Shown here: positions 1 to 9,061 of the stretch, in pieces
How positions within the stretch are numbered: position 1 is the first letter of the stretch
Layout of the letters: each line of letters opens with the position of its first letter
IMG/VR virus record: IMGVR_UViG_3300042520_000681
Span: 4,095-68,094 of that record
Origin: a virus
Strand: one strand, 5' to 3'
DNA length: 64,000 nucleotides
Position numbers and translations under genes: made by a program
Notes under the pieces: model-generated
Told to the model about the DNA's origin: nothing
Database searches by the model: none
What the model saw: the letters and a program-made list of their open reading frames with translations, nothing else

Positions 1-250
1 AACCATTGCGGAAGCCCGTCAGCATAAGGCTACCCACTTCACAGGGCTAATGGACATGGGCTATTCTGCCATCCTTGACGGATTGTGGGCTATTAAAGCC
101 GCCCTCAACTGCGTTGGAACCAAACCTAACGAAATCGGATGCGAAATCATCGTCAATGGCAATCGTTGCTTCACCGACATTCGGCTGAATCAAATCGACG
201 ATGCCCTCAACACCCTCATCAAACCAAACCGATTCAACAGCTAAACAAAT

Positions 251-649
251 ATGGAACCGCAACTATACATTCGATTCAGTATCCGTGGAGCAGTAGGTAG
301 CCGAGAAAGAATGAATATAACATTCCCGCTCCGTGGTGCTTGGCAAGAAGGCTCTAACGACCTTCATGTTGCCTTTGCATACAAAGGGGCAGACCCCGAA
401 GACGGGTGCTGGTATCACCCAGCAGTTGACAAGAAAACTGGCGATTACCTGCTACCTGTCCCCGATTGGGCGAAAGACGAATATGCGATTGTTTGCCGCA
501 AGTCTCCACAAACCGGAGCTACGACAAAGTGCGTTCTTGCTTACTGCATGGAATGGGTAGGATTTCTTCCGCACATAGATAACGAAGAACTTGCTACACC
601 ATTATACATAAAGCAGGTAGAAAGGTTCTGGCATTCACCAAACATCTAA
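251..649 (+). CDS. hypothetical protein
   Basis: 132-aa ORF with an A-rich leader, co-oriented with its neighbours; no motif recognised. Confidence 0.6.
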   Translation: MEPQLYIRFSIRGAVGSRERMNITFPLRGAWQEGSNDLHVAFAYKGADPEDGCWYHPAVDKKTGDYLLPVPDWAKDEYAIVCRKSPQTGATTKCVLAYCMEWVGFLPHIDNEELATPLYIKQVERFWHSPNI

Positions 650-660
650 ATAAACACACT

Positions 661-921
661 ATGAAAAAGATACTAACAGCACTAGCCTTATCACTCATCA
701 CCCTAAATGCAGACGCTAGATTCTATGAACGGATATGCGATCCGGTCTTCACGGACTACTGGCAACGCAAAGCGTATGACCAAGGATTCAAAGACGGCTA
801 CGAATGCGGATTCAATTACAACGATTACCGCAAGGAACTAGACAGAATCGCATACGAGATTGGTTTCATCGACGGATGCGAGATGTTTGATCGTGTCCAC
901 AGGATCATCAGAATTAAATAA
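661..921 (+). CDS. small exported protein with signal peptide
   Basis: MKKILTALALSLITLNADA is a Sec-type signal; duplicated AYxxGFxDG motif. Confidence 0.65.
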   Translation: MKKILTALALSLITLNADARFYERICDPVFTDYWQRKAYDQGFKDGYECGFNYNDYRKELDRIAYEIGFIDGCEMFDRVHRIIRIK

Positions 922-922
922 A

Positions 923-1111
923 ATGGTTATCCTATCTACAACCTACGAGAATCGGGCGTTTGATTCCCTGCCACTCGCCGAGATTTACGGAGTCGAGCGC
1001 ATCAAGGACAACTGCTGTATTATGACAGAAGACGGCAAGGTTCTGGCATACAAACGGAAAGGAGGAACGAATGAGTTCACGCGCATCAAGCGGGATTCGC
1101 AGGAAGATTGA
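923..1111 (+). CDS. hypothetical protein
   Basis: ATG at 923 directly after the upstream stop (MVILSTTYENRAF...). Confidence 0.5.
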   Translation: MVILSTTYENRAFDSLPLAEIYGVERIKDNCCIMTEDGKVLAYKRKGGTNEFTRIKRDSQED

Positions 1112-1229
1112 ACTGATAATAAAACTCAAACAGAAAATCGGATTGCCGATAGGTGATGTCTGGAACTACCGAGAATCCGATGCAGATAAAGTAATCTGCC
1201 TGCTAAAAAACTACGCAAGAAAAATATAA
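1071..1229 (+). CDS. small hypothetical protein (52 aa, not in ORF track)
   Basis: GGAGG 5 nt upstream of ATG; MSSRASSGIRRKIELIIKLKQKIGLP...; ends just before the terminator. Confidence 0.45.
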   Translation: MSSRASSGIRRKIELIIKLKQKIGLPIGDVWNYRESDADKVICLLKNYARKI

Positions 1230-1237
1230 CACACAAC

Positions 1238-1279
1238 AAAACGGGGATTGGCCTTAAAAACCAATCCCCTTTTGCTTTT
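1238..1279. terminator. bidirectional intrinsic terminator
   Basis: GGGGATTGG-loop-CCAATCCCC flanked by A and T runs, between convergent genes. Confidence 0.8.
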
Positions 1280-1427
1280 ACTTCTTGGCAGTCTTCGCTG
1301 ACTGCTTAAACGCTTTCGCGGTAGGTGCGCCCTTACTCCCAACCTGCCGCATCCTCTCGTTACTTCCAGCCGCGATACGATCACGCTTGGCGTTGATGTT
1401 TGCGTATAGTCCTTTATTACTCTTCAA
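1278..1427 (-). CDS. small basic conserved phage protein (49 aa, not in ORF track)
   Basis: TTG start; KGLYANINAKRDRIAAGSNERMRQVGSKGAPTAKAFKQSAKTAKK resembles a small protein I recall from aquatic phages. Confidence 0.7.
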   Translation of the reverse strand: MKSNKGLYANINAKRDRIAAGSNERMRQVGSKGAPTAKAFKQSAKTAKK

Positions 1428-1914
1428 TTTCCTTCACCTCCCCCATGCTTGGCATTTCCAGCCTGTCATTAACAAGCTGGATCAAAATTTGGTTCTTCTG
1501 ATCGTCGCCGGAAAGCTCACCGGAAAGTCGGCTGTCTAGCTCGATAGCTTTTAGTTTGTCCCCAATCTTCGGGCCTTGCAAACTCCGATTACCCTCTCCA
1601 TCCACGGACAAAGATGCAATCGGAGACTCCTCGGTGATGTCTGCTGGCTTTGATCTTGCAACATCAGCAAGCAAAGAACGCTTCTCGGCGATGCTCATTG
1701 CGTTCTGAACCCAAACAGACTCCTTCAACTCCTCCATATACTTCTGCACATGAGGTCTGTTTTCAATCTTCGCACCACGGATTGCCGCATATTTTCCATG
1801 CGTAGCGGCGTAACCAGACGCTTCGTATGCCTTGGCGAGACTCTTCCCGCGAACTCTCTCCATGCAGTATCGCTTCTCTCCCTCTGTCAACTCTCCGTTC
1901 TTTCGTTTAGGCAT
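1417..1914 (-). CDS. terS: terminase small subunit
   Basis: N-terminal LTEGEKRYC...AYEASGY...A.KIENRPHVQKYMEEL HTH pattern and C-terminal DKLKAIEL typical of TerS. Confidence 0.75.
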   Translation of the reverse strand: MPKRKNGELTEGEKRYCMERVRGKSLAKAYEASGYAATHGKYAAIRGAKIENRPHVQKYMEELKESVWVQNAMSIAEKRSLLADVARSKPADITEESPIASLSVDGEGNRSLQGPKIGDKLKAIELDSRLSGELSGDDQKNQILIQLVNDRLEMPSMGEVKEIEE

Positions 1915-2518
1915 CTTGTGTAATTGCAGTATCTTGTGGGTTGATCAGGTTAGGAGACTCGCAATGCCAAGTCAAATTCGCCATGACCTTGTATTTGGGA
2001 AGGGGAGATTCGCTATTCGCAAATGACGGATCATGCCAACGGATTCGATTGTTAGGCATGGCCGCGATCTGCGAGCTTCCATCCTCCAGAAGAAGAAGAT
2101 GGTAACACTTATGCTGAACTGGCGAGAGGCTGTATCCGTTGTCGGTATGATCTAATGTGAACCAATATCGTGCAGGAATCTCTTTACCGCTCCTGCTACT
2201 AAATGTGCAGGACATCTCGCGGAAGTAGGAATACTGGCAAACTGAAAACTCCCAGCCCATGCAATCCCACATTTGCAGGTCTTCAAGCGGATGGTATTCA
2301 TCACCCGGTTTGTCGTGATACAGGTAGTGCAATGGTATCCTTGCCCATTGCGCTCCGCTTTCGCACAGGATGGAGAAATGCAAGGCGCGAGACGGGATGG
2401 ATGTAACACCCGTTATAACGCACGGCTCTGTCCCTGCCTCCATATCAAGCCCGTAAAGAATTTCCTTCTCCACGAACCCGTAAATGTGTTGAGGAACAGA
2501 TGCGTTGAGCGTGTGCAT
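1907..2518 (-). CDS. conserved phage hypothetical protein
   Basis: 203 aa; GVTSIPSRALHF...GA.WARIP, LQMWDC, HK, AMPNNRIRW motifs resemble a widespread aquatic-phage family. Confidence 0.65.
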   Translation of the reverse strand: MHTLNASVPQHIYGFVEKEILYGLDMEAGTEPCVITGVTSIPSRALHFSILCESGAQWARIPLHYLYHDKPGDEYHPLEDLQMWDCMGWEFSVCQYSYFREMSCTFSSRSGKEIPARYWFTLDHTDNGYSLSPVQHKCYHLLLLEDGSSQIAAMPNNRIRWHDPSFANSESPLPKYKVMANLTWHCESPNLINPQDTAITQDA

Positions 2519-2838
2519 TACTTCAAGCCAGACTTAATCTTTTCCAGATTTTCTAGGAAAGACTGAACACTCTGGTTGCCTTGGAAGAACTCCGCGAACG
2601 ATGTCAGGTATGCGTCTGTTAGCAGGCACAGGAAACGAGCCTCATCGAACTTCTCGATTATCTCTTTCGGGAATTGATAGCCAAGCGGTGTGCCGTCTTT
2701 GTCTGACAACTCACTATCGTTCAGCTCGATTGTCTTTTGGATGCTTGCCGCAATGTCTTTGAGCGACAAGATTCCAGCCTCGCCCATCGGGCCTGTTTCA
2801 ATTTCAATTTGTTTGCTTTTGTTTTTATTTGTCTTCAT
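2518..2838 (-). CDS. hypothetical protein
   Basis: 106-aa ORF coupled to its neighbours. Confidence 0.6.
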   Translation of the reverse strand: MKTNKNKSKQIEIETGPMGEAGILSLKDIAASIQKTIELNDSELSDKDGTPLGYQFPKEIIEKFDEARFLCLLTDAYLTSFAEFFQGNQSVQSFLENLEKIKSGLK

Positions 2839-3896
2839 TTGGAAAGTTTCTTTAGTTCTTGAATTGTATCCTCGTCAAACAAACCAGCCTTGCCAGACTT
2901 CTCTAGAGATTCATGTTCCTTTAGACGATCTCCGATGATTAACTTGATTGCTGATCTAGTTTCTTCGCGCAACTGGTGGAAAATCTTCACCAGTTTACCG
3001 ACGAAGTGATACTGGTCCAGCTCGCCTGCTCCACCGCCGATGTTGTATTGGCTGGCAACGATCAGCAATTCCTCCGCACTACCGAACTCCTTAATCCACG
3101 GAGCTTGCTTGGGAGCCTTGCCTAGCGGTTCCTTTCCCTGCTCCATGCGGACATGGGAGCGAGCTTCTAGTGCCGTCCAGCCTTCCTTGCAGGCTTTCTC
3201 TACCAATTCGATAACCTTCTTGTTGTTCTCTTTTTCATCTTCCGAGTATTTAGAACAAGCAATCTCGACTGCTACTGTTGGAGAAATCTCCGAACGATAC
3301 TTAATAGGAATGCGTTGCGCTGTCCTTGCCCATGCGGATACATGAGAGTAAGACAGCTTTAGGTTAGCCGCGATTTGGGTTACGACATTTTCGTATCCGA
3401 GCGCATACAGATGACGAATGCCTTCTCCAGCAAGCCACATACCTTTGCTGGACATATCCACACCGAGTCCGATAGCCGCCGCATAATCCTCTGGACATGG
3501 GATAACGCCTTCGCGTGGGGTGAATTGAGTTAGATTGTTGAACTCATAGCGTTCTGCCAAGGCCGAATAACCATTGTGCATTCCGGTTGTGATCGCTGCC
3601 TCCAGAATACTCTGCTCTGTTCCTTGCTTTAATTCTTCCTTAACGATTGTCATCTTTAGTTCCCTTGCGTCGATCTCCCCGCGATCAAATGCGAGGATTG
3701 CACAGGCTTCTTCCAGCAACTCAAAATGATTTGGTGGTGCGTCCTCGTCAATCATATCGTCTTGTTCGCAGACCTTGATAAGACGGAGTGCTGTCTTCAC
3801 ATCTGTTTTGTATTTAGCAGAAAGCATTTCCGCTAATTGTGTGCGCTCGATTATTCCTTTAGGGGTTTGGAATGAACCCTTTAGTGTTGTTGTCAT
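2835..3896 (-). CDS. putative DNA-binding protein with LmbU-like domain
   Basis: WLAGEGIRHL...IAANLKLSYSHVSAWARTAQRIPIKYRSEISPTVAVEIA resembles the LmbU-family pattern (WxxGD...xYxTxxxYxxVAxxxxxxxRxxxLSxxHHxEVA). Confidence 0.5.
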   Translation of the reverse strand: MTTTLKGSFQTPKGIIERTQLAEMLSAKYKTDVKTALRLIKVCEQDDMIDEDAPPNHFELLEEACAILAFDRGEIDARELKMTIVKEELKQGTEQSILEAAITTGMHNGYSALAERYEFNNLTQFTPREGVIPCPEDYAAAIGLGVDMSSKGMWLAGEGIRHLYALGYENVVTQIAANLKLSYSHVSAWARTAQRIPIKYRSEISPTVAVEIACSKYSEDEKENNKKVIELVEKACKEGWTALEARSHVRMEQGKEPLGKAPKQAPWIKEFGSAEELLIVASQYNIGGGAGELDQYHFVGKLVKIFHQLREETRSAIKLIIGDRLKEHESLEKSGKAGLFDEDTIQELKKLSK

Positions 3897-3906
3897 GTGT
3901 TGGTTT

Positions 3907-4065
3907 TTATTTTGGTTTTTGTTTACTCAGGTATCGTTCAACAATAACGCGAACCATACCGGAAAGGCTTCTGTGTTCAGACTTTGCTATCTTGCCAAGC
4001 GATTTCTTAATATCGTTGGTGACATAAAGTCCAAGGAAAGAATCGTTGTTATTCGTTTTCTTCAT
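3907..4065 (-). CDS. ribbon-helix-helix (Arc/CopG-like) DNA-binding protein (52 aa, not in ORF track)
   Basis: MKKTNNNDSFLGLYVTNDIKKSLGKIAKSEHRSLSGMVRVIVERYL: beta strand, helix, then RSLS helix. Confidence 0.75.
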   Translation of the reverse strand: MKKTNNNDSFLGLYVTNDIKKSLGKIAKSEHRSLSGMVRVIVERYLSKQKPK

Positions 4066-4291
4066 CAATCATTACTGCGTTGCGAACATCTATGTAGGTA
4101 TCAATCAAATCTTCGTCATCAAAATCATGCGTCACCTTGAGATTGCTTTCGGAAATTACACGGATGTCTCTTTGAAATTTGTCTTGAGGGGTTGATTGGA
4201 TATGGTCAACAACCTCGTCTTCGCCCTTAAAGAACTTGGCGAATGTGTAGTGATCTTCGTTGATCTGCTTCGTTAAGACTAGGTATTCCAT
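4049..4291 (-). CDS. hypothetical protein
   Basis: MEYLVLTKQI..., 80 aa. Confidence 0.55.
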   Translation of the reverse strand: MEYLVLTKQINEDHYTFAKFFKGEDEVVDHIQSTPQDKFQRDIRVISESNLKVTHDFDDEDLIDTYIDVRNAVMIDEENE

Positions 4292-4300
4292 AGGATTATT

Positions 4301-4350
4301 GCGAAGTGTGGGCGGGAGGAAAACCATTAACTCCCGCCCACTTGTCGCAC
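4301..4350 (-). terminator. strong hairpin after SSB-like gene
   Basis: AAGTG(TG)GGCGGGAG...CTCCCGCCCACTT inverted repeat; weak U tail. Confidence 0.5.
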
Positions 4351-4356
4351 AACAAA

Positions 4357-4551
4357 TTAGAATGCTTCAGGCTGTTGTTGCCGAGGCTCCGAGAGTTTCA
4401 AGGAATAATACTTCCCGTTATCGTTTGTCTTCTCCCAGCCTGCAAGCTCGTAATCCTTACCGCCGACATTGATTTTACCTTTGATGTCGGGATGTTTGTC
4501 TTCCTTCTTGAACTTGTTCTTCGATAGGAATCCGCTGTTTTCTTTAGCCAT
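4357..4551 (-). CDS. small ssDNA-binding-like protein (DUF736-like)
   Basis: KHPDIKGKINVGGKDYELAGW...GKYYSLKLSEP with C-terminal Phe; directly downstream of ERF. Confidence 0.65.
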   Translation of the reverse strand: MAKENSGFLSKNKFKKEDKHPDIKGKINVGGKDYELAGWEKTNDNGKYYSLKLSEPRQQQPEAF

Positions 4552-4570
4552 ATATTTGATTTAGTTAATG

Positions 4571-5302
4571 TTACTCTGCAATAGCTTTGTAAGCTACGAT
4601 TGTTTTCTTGATAGCATCCATGCCATCGAAAAGGAATAGTGATGAAGTGTTGTCGCTCATCTTGAAGAAGTCTTTAGCCTGCGCTGGAACACGCTCGTCT
4701 TTGGCCCACTTGTGAGATTCAAGAAACTCTTCTGGCGTGTAACCGAGCTTCATCAACTCTTGGAAGAGTGCCTGATGATTCTCTCCGTTGAATTTAGATG
4801 CCACTTCTTTCGCTTTAGGAGCCTCTGTAGGCTTCTTTTCCTGCGGCTTGGCTGGCTCTGCCTTCTGGACGGGCTTCGGAGATTCTACGGGCTTCTGAGC
4901 TGGAGCGTTCCGACCCATTGCCGCTTCCCCATCGTCGTCGTCAGGGCAAACCATAGTGACAGCTTGCAACGCATAACGGCGAGCATACGAAATCAGCGAA
5001 CCGATTCCTTGCGGATCGTCTTTCGCTGGCTTCATGTATGTCCGGCTCTTGATCCATTGTCCCGAGCCGTGCATCAACATGGTTTCGACATAGTATCCAG
5101 ACTCGTCGTGAGACGGAAGCTGGACAACACTCAAGCCATGCTTTGACAGGATAGGACGGGTAGCTTCCCATACTGCCGCGAGAGAAGCGTAGTTTGATTT
5201 GAAGAACGGATTCGCGGAATCCTTGTGGACTGTGCCAACCTCCGCTTGCGCCTTTGCTAAAGCGGCTGCGAGGTCGCCGATGTTTTCAGATTGTGTGTTC
5301 AT
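4571..5302 (-). CDS. erf: ERF-family single-strand annealing recombinase
   Basis: NPFFKSNYASL, H.SGQWI, DPQGIGSLISYARRYAL, DDDG motifs. Confidence 0.92.
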   Translation of the reverse strand: MNTQSENIGDLAAALAKAQAEVGTVHKDSANPFFKSNYASLAAVWEATRPILSKHGLSVVQLPSHDESGYYVETMLMHGSGQWIKSRTYMKPAKDDPQGIGSLISYARRYALQAVTMVCPDDDDGEAAMGRNAPAQKPVESPKPVQKAEPAKPQEKKPTEAPKAKEVASKFNGENHQALFQELMKLGYTPEEFLESHKWAKDERVPAQAKDFFKMSDNTSSLFLFDGMDAIKKTIVAYKAIAE

Positions 5303-5311
5303 TGAGCATTC

Positions 5312-5339
5312 AGATTAGTTTTTCTATCGGTAATGTCAA
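5312..5339 (-). promoter_or_regulatory. sigma70-type promoter for erf operon
   Basis: TTGACA-N16-TAATCT; ATG 9 nt after the -10 box. Confidence 0.7.
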
Positions 5340-5487
5340 AATAATTTTTAAGATTTTTTTTCTTGAGGCAAAGATTCCATCACCTTTGCATACTTTAAAG
5401 CCCAATCGTCTCTCTGCTTGAGAGCTGATGTGAGCCTGCGTTTCAAAGATGCGATTTCTTTTTTTAGTTCTTCGTTTGTTTCCATAA

Positions 5488-5796
5488 TTAGTCGTGCGAT
5501 TCCCCATCGTGGATGGTGTCAATACCGAAAGACAGGTTGAGTTTTGTCCAAGGCCCATCCTTATCTGTTCCGTCAGTAACCCAAGCTCGGAAGCCACCAG
5601 TAGCGCAATCTTCTCCTGCGATTGCTTGCTTCATCAATCTCCTAGCCTCTTGCCGCAACTCACGCTGATCTGGAACACCATTTTCTGATCGCGCCCATAT
5701 CCAATCGGTGGCTGACATCATTTTCCCGACTTGATAGAAATCAAAGGTGTCCATGATCTCGTCCAGTTGGTTGTTCAATACTTCTTGTCTTGTCAT
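5488..5796 (-). CDS. hypothetical protein
   Basis: MTRQEVLNNQLDEIMDTFDF...W.W; ATG adjacent to the upstream stop. Confidence 0.6.
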   Translation of the reverse strand: MTRQEVLNNQLDEIMDTFDFYQVGKMMSATDWIWARSENGVPDQRELRQEARRLMKQAIAGEDCATGGFRAWVTDGTDKDGPWTKLNLSFGIDTIHDGESHD

Positions 5797-5797
5797 G

Positions 5798-6556
5798 TTA
5801 TTTCTTTGGGGGTTGATAGCCTGTGCTGAACTGCCAATACTTGCAGATGTGGGTGAAGGCTTCGTAGTTTTCGTTAAGAGTTTTCTCGTCATACCAAGCC
5901 TCACCGATACGCCCCGGCTCGGTTGTCGAGATGTAAAGGTTGACTCCTCTTACTGCGCCAGCGACCTTGGCGTATGCGGCGATCTGCATTGGCTCCTTTG
6001 CCCAAGGCTTGATGTCAAAGTCTGGCTTGGTCTTGCGGCTCTTGTAATCCAAGATATGCAACACACCATCCTTCATAATAAGTGCGTCTGTTGTGCCAGC
6101 GTAGCCAACTTCGGGAGACACTAAACGCAGTTCGTGCTGTAGGAAGGTGACATTATTCTTCTCCACCCACTTCTTGACTGGCTCGACATAGCACTCCATT
6201 ACGGGATCGTATGGCTCGCCTTGGAAGTGGTTCTCTAGTGCCTTGTGGATGTTCGTTCCGAGGTCTGCTGCATCGTCAACCTGCTTGAATGCGTCTTGCA
6301 TAATGCGGGAACAATACTCTTCGTCGCTCTCGTCTTGCTGGCGAGGAAGGGTAAGACTTGCCATCAGAACCTGCTGTTGTTTCCAACGGTCAAGCTCCGG
6401 TGATGCGAGGCACTTGAAGATTGTTGTGACTGACGGCAGTAAACCGAGTCCTTTTGCGTCTCGCAATGTTGTCTTGCGGTATCCGCCTTTAGTTTTATTT
6501 GGGACTTCAAAGACTGCTTTGCCTTTTAGGTCGTAGTAGTGTCCTGATTCGTTCAT
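5798..6556 (-). CDS. PD-(D/E)XK exonuclease (recombination partner of ERF)
   Basis: LPSVTTI, GT.IH, E, YAGTTD, ILDYKS, QIAAY motifs. Confidence 0.88.
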   Translation of the reverse strand: MNESGHYYDLKGKAVFEVPNKTKGGYRKTTLRDAKGLGLLPSVTTIFKCLASPELDRWKQQQVLMASLTLPRQQDESDEEYCSRIMQDAFKQVDDAADLGTNIHKALENHFQGEPYDPVMECYVEPVKKWVEKNNVTFLQHELRLVSPEVGYAGTTDALIMKDGVLHILDYKSRKTKPDFDIKPWAKEPMQIAAYAKVAGAVRGVNLYISTTEPGRIGEAWYDEKTLNENYEAFTHICKYWQFSTGYQPPKK

Positions 6557-6598
6557 GTGTGTGTTTCTTTTTTTTGTTATTTACAAAATTTAATGGAA

Positions 6599-6946
6599 TT
6601 ATCGTTCAACAATAGCGCCACAAGTATCAGTCTCAAAGACAGTAACCTTTGACACATTGCCCAATTGATCGTTTGCTTGCTTAAATATCCAAGACGCAAT
6701 GTATTCAGATGTTGTTGTTCCAACAAGTATATCGTTTATAACCGAGTGATCTAGTTTATTAATTATTGGATTAATTCTTTTTTTGATCTCGTTGAAATCA
6801 ATGACCATTCCGAGTGCGTTTACTTGCCCAGAGCATTCTATCCTCACCTTGTAATTGTGTCCATGCATTACAGAGCATTGGTGATCTGGTATATTTAGAT
6901 AATGCGCCGCGCTAAATGTGAAGTCTTTGAATACTGTAGTTTTCAT
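6599..6946 (-). CDS. queD: 6-carboxy-5,6,7,8-tetrahydropterin synthase
   Basis: F.FSAAH.L, CxxxHGHNY, GMVIDF, LDH, T.E.IA, V.V.ET motifs. Confidence 0.93.
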   Translation of the reverse strand: MKTTVFKDFTFSAAHYLNIPDHQCSVMHGHNYKVRIECSGQVNALGMVIDFNEIKKRINPIINKLDHSVINDILVGTTTSEYIASWIFKQANDQLGNVSKVTVFETDTCGAIVER

Positions 6947-7185
6947 TCTCTTGTGCAGGTTATTTTGATTCTGTAGTGCCATCCGATTACTTCTACCTTT
7001 GCTCCGATCTTGGCGCGGAGATGGTCTGCCAAGTCTTCTTGGTAGATTTCTTTTGGCGAGTTAGCGAGGATTTCCATCAAATCCTCAACGATGAGCGTGT
7101 TGTGGCTCGTTATCTTGATCTCGTAAGTATCTATCAGTTTTCCGTTCGGGCAAGCAGCCCGGTGCGTAGTCTCGTAGGTGTTCAT
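6943..7185 (-). CDS. minimal T-fold QueF-like protein (80 aa)
   Basis: CP motif followed by D.YEI.I, VE and YQE, matching the QueF/QueF-L catalytic Cys and substrate Glu; ATGA-coupled to queD and the upstream gene. Confidence 0.65.
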   Translation of the reverse strand: MNTYETTHRAACPNGKLIDTYEIKITSHNTLIVEDLMEILANSPKEIYQEDLADHLRAKIGAKVEVIGWHYRIKITCTRE

Positions 7186-7772
7186 ATTAGCTTGGGTTGG
7201 TTGTGAAGTTCGTAGATTGCTTTTCGCATGTGGGTGTATCTGCCGAGTCCTGTTCCGTCCAGACTATCAACGCCGAAATTCTCGAAATACTCAAATCGTC
7301 CGGGCGTGTTTACTCTTCCGACATGAACCCACTTTTCTAGGGCTTGTGCAGCTTTTATGATTTGAACGACATGGTTTGACATCTTCCATTGGGTTGTGCC
7401 GCCGATGAAGATAGCCGATACTTCATCCCAAGGAATCTCCAAGTCTTCCTGACCATCTTGGCACACGAACGCAAGAGGAAAATCTATTCTATTCTTCCAC
7501 CTATGAAATACCTCAATGGTTCTCCGTGCGCTACCAACTATATCTGGAACAGCTACCCATCGACATAGATGCTTTTCCGGTTTTTGCCTTTCCAATAAAG
7601 TAAGGAAACCTTTTAATTCAAATGTAGCGAATGCTCCATTGTCGATACAATAATGTTTATTTGGTGCTTGGATGGCGCGTCTAGTTAATGGAGTTATCAA
7701 TTGTTCTACCTCGCATCCAATCTCGTCTTGCGCTTTTTGTAAGCTCCCAGATGTATCCAGCATTACAATCAT
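7182..7772 (-). CDS. TGT/DpdA-like deazaguanine DNA transglycosylase
   Basis: IDNGAF, PDIVG, QDG, IFIGG, VHVGRVN, DSLDGT motifs of the TGT-like barrel; likely start MIVMLD at 7772. Confidence 0.75.
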   Translation of the reverse strand: MIVMLDTSGSLQKAQDEIGCEVEQLITPLTRRAIQAPNKHYCIDNGAFATFELKGFLTLLERQKPEKHLCRWVAVPDIVGSARRTIEVFHRWKNRIDFPLAFVCQDGQEDLEIPWDEVSAIFIGGTTQWKMSNHVVQIIKAAQALEKWVHVGRVNTPGRFEYFENFGVDSLDGTGLGRYTHMRKAIYELHNQPKLI

Positions 7773-7972
7773 ATACTTTATTTGCGTAGGATAAAATTGG
7801 TGATGTTTCCGAGAATAGTGACGAATATGAGTTGTGCTATATACCATTCCCGCTTGATGTAGAGCCATGTCATCTTGCCTGCGTATTTGAGTTGGATACC
7901 CACAAGTTTGAGGGTCGTGTGTTTCATAGGTTTCATTACTTTGGTTGGTTTGTTTTGGTTGGTCAACGAAAA

Positions 7973-8872
7973 TTAAAAATATCCGTTGGTTTTTTTGAAT
8001 GCGATGAACTCGACTAGCCAGCGGTCTTCTACCGTGGTTAGGTAATCCCGCTGAATATCCGTTCTGTCCATGATTCCGTGGAGCCATGTCCAGAACTCGT
8101 CTGTCCATCCGTTTTGTCTGACTGCTTCTGCTGGTGTCATCCTGCCTTTCGGCGCGGAAGATTCTTGTTTAACAATAGTCTCGTCCTCCCATCTGCGTTG
8201 GTTAAGCCATGTCGCAGGGTGGGGAATAAATTGAGGATCGCTCCAAGTCTTCTTGTGCTTCTCTAGGGCTGGTAGAACTTGCTCTAGGTTGCACTTGTTT
8301 TTGTCCCATGCTTTCCGAGCATTTGGCTTGGCTACTTTCTTCGGGTATGAGGAATAGAATGAATCAAATTCCTCGCTTGAGGCTTTCAATTCTTTCTTCT
8401 TTTCATCACGCTCTTGTATTTGTTTACCATTAAAAGGTATTTCATTTACCATTAAAGGGTATTTGTCTGAGGTTTTTCCACCCTGTGGGATTTCCGTAGT
8501 GTGGAATTTCCCTAGGGTGGAATTCATGGCGTATCGAACCTTTACATACCATCCATCTATTCGGTTTTCTTCAGTCCTAACTTTTACATCCGAAATAAAC
8601 CCCTCCTCTACAAGTTGGCTTTTTGCTCTTGAGAACCTATCTCTTCCCCAGTCTAAGGCTTTCATGGCATACTCAGAGGTGGCAAACACATTGCTGTTCT
8701 TCTGCCATTTTCTCACATAACAATAAAAGGCATACAGAGCAATGCAGTCTCCGGGGCTTTGCATCTTGAGCAGCCTGTCCATTGATGGCTTCGTAACTCC
8801 GATCAGTATATCTTCAATGCTTCCATCGTGCATTGTTTCGCATCGTTCGTATTGCTCAATTTTATATTCCAT
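7973..8872 (-). CDS. phage replication initiator protein
   Basis: N-terminal winged-helix-like region plus C-terminal FDSFYSSYPKKVAK..A.KAW and FIPHPATWLNQRRWEDE. Confidence 0.8.
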   Translation of the reverse strand: MEYKIEQYERCETMHDGSIEDILIGVTKPSMDRLLKMQSPGDCIALYAFYCYVRKWQKNSNVFATSEYAMKALDWGRDRFSRAKSQLVEEGFISDVKVRTEENRIDGWYVKVRYAMNSTLGKFHTTEIPQGGKTSDKYPLMVNEIPFNGKQIQERDEKKKELKASSEEFDSFYSSYPKKVAKPNARKAWDKNKCNLEQVLPALEKHKKTWSDPQFIPHPATWLNQRRWEDETIVKQESSAPKGRMTPAEAVRQNGWTDEFWTWLHGIMDRTDIQRDYLTTVEDRWLVEFIAFKKTNGYF

Positions 8873-9061
8873 ACAAAGAGGGGCCACCCCCCGCTACGGT
8901 TGAAGACCGATTGATTGTCGGGTGGAAATATTCCGTAGCGGAGAGGTGATATATTTATATTTCGATTTAATCTTCAGTTGGCATCCGTTTCCACACGGAC
9001 GACTGTATCGCTACAGCAACTCAGACTCTACACTCTCTCGGTGTAGTGTCCAATCTTTTTT

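Noticed and set aside
5798-6556. Cas4 assignment for the PD-(D/E)XK nuclease
   Set aside because: It lacks the four-Cys Fe-S cluster motif; the ERF/SSB context indicates a recombination exonuclease.
7773-8108. N-terminal extension of the 308-aa ORF 7182..8108
   Set aside because: It overlaps the initiator and a small ORF; the recognisable TGT-like domain starts at ATG 7772.
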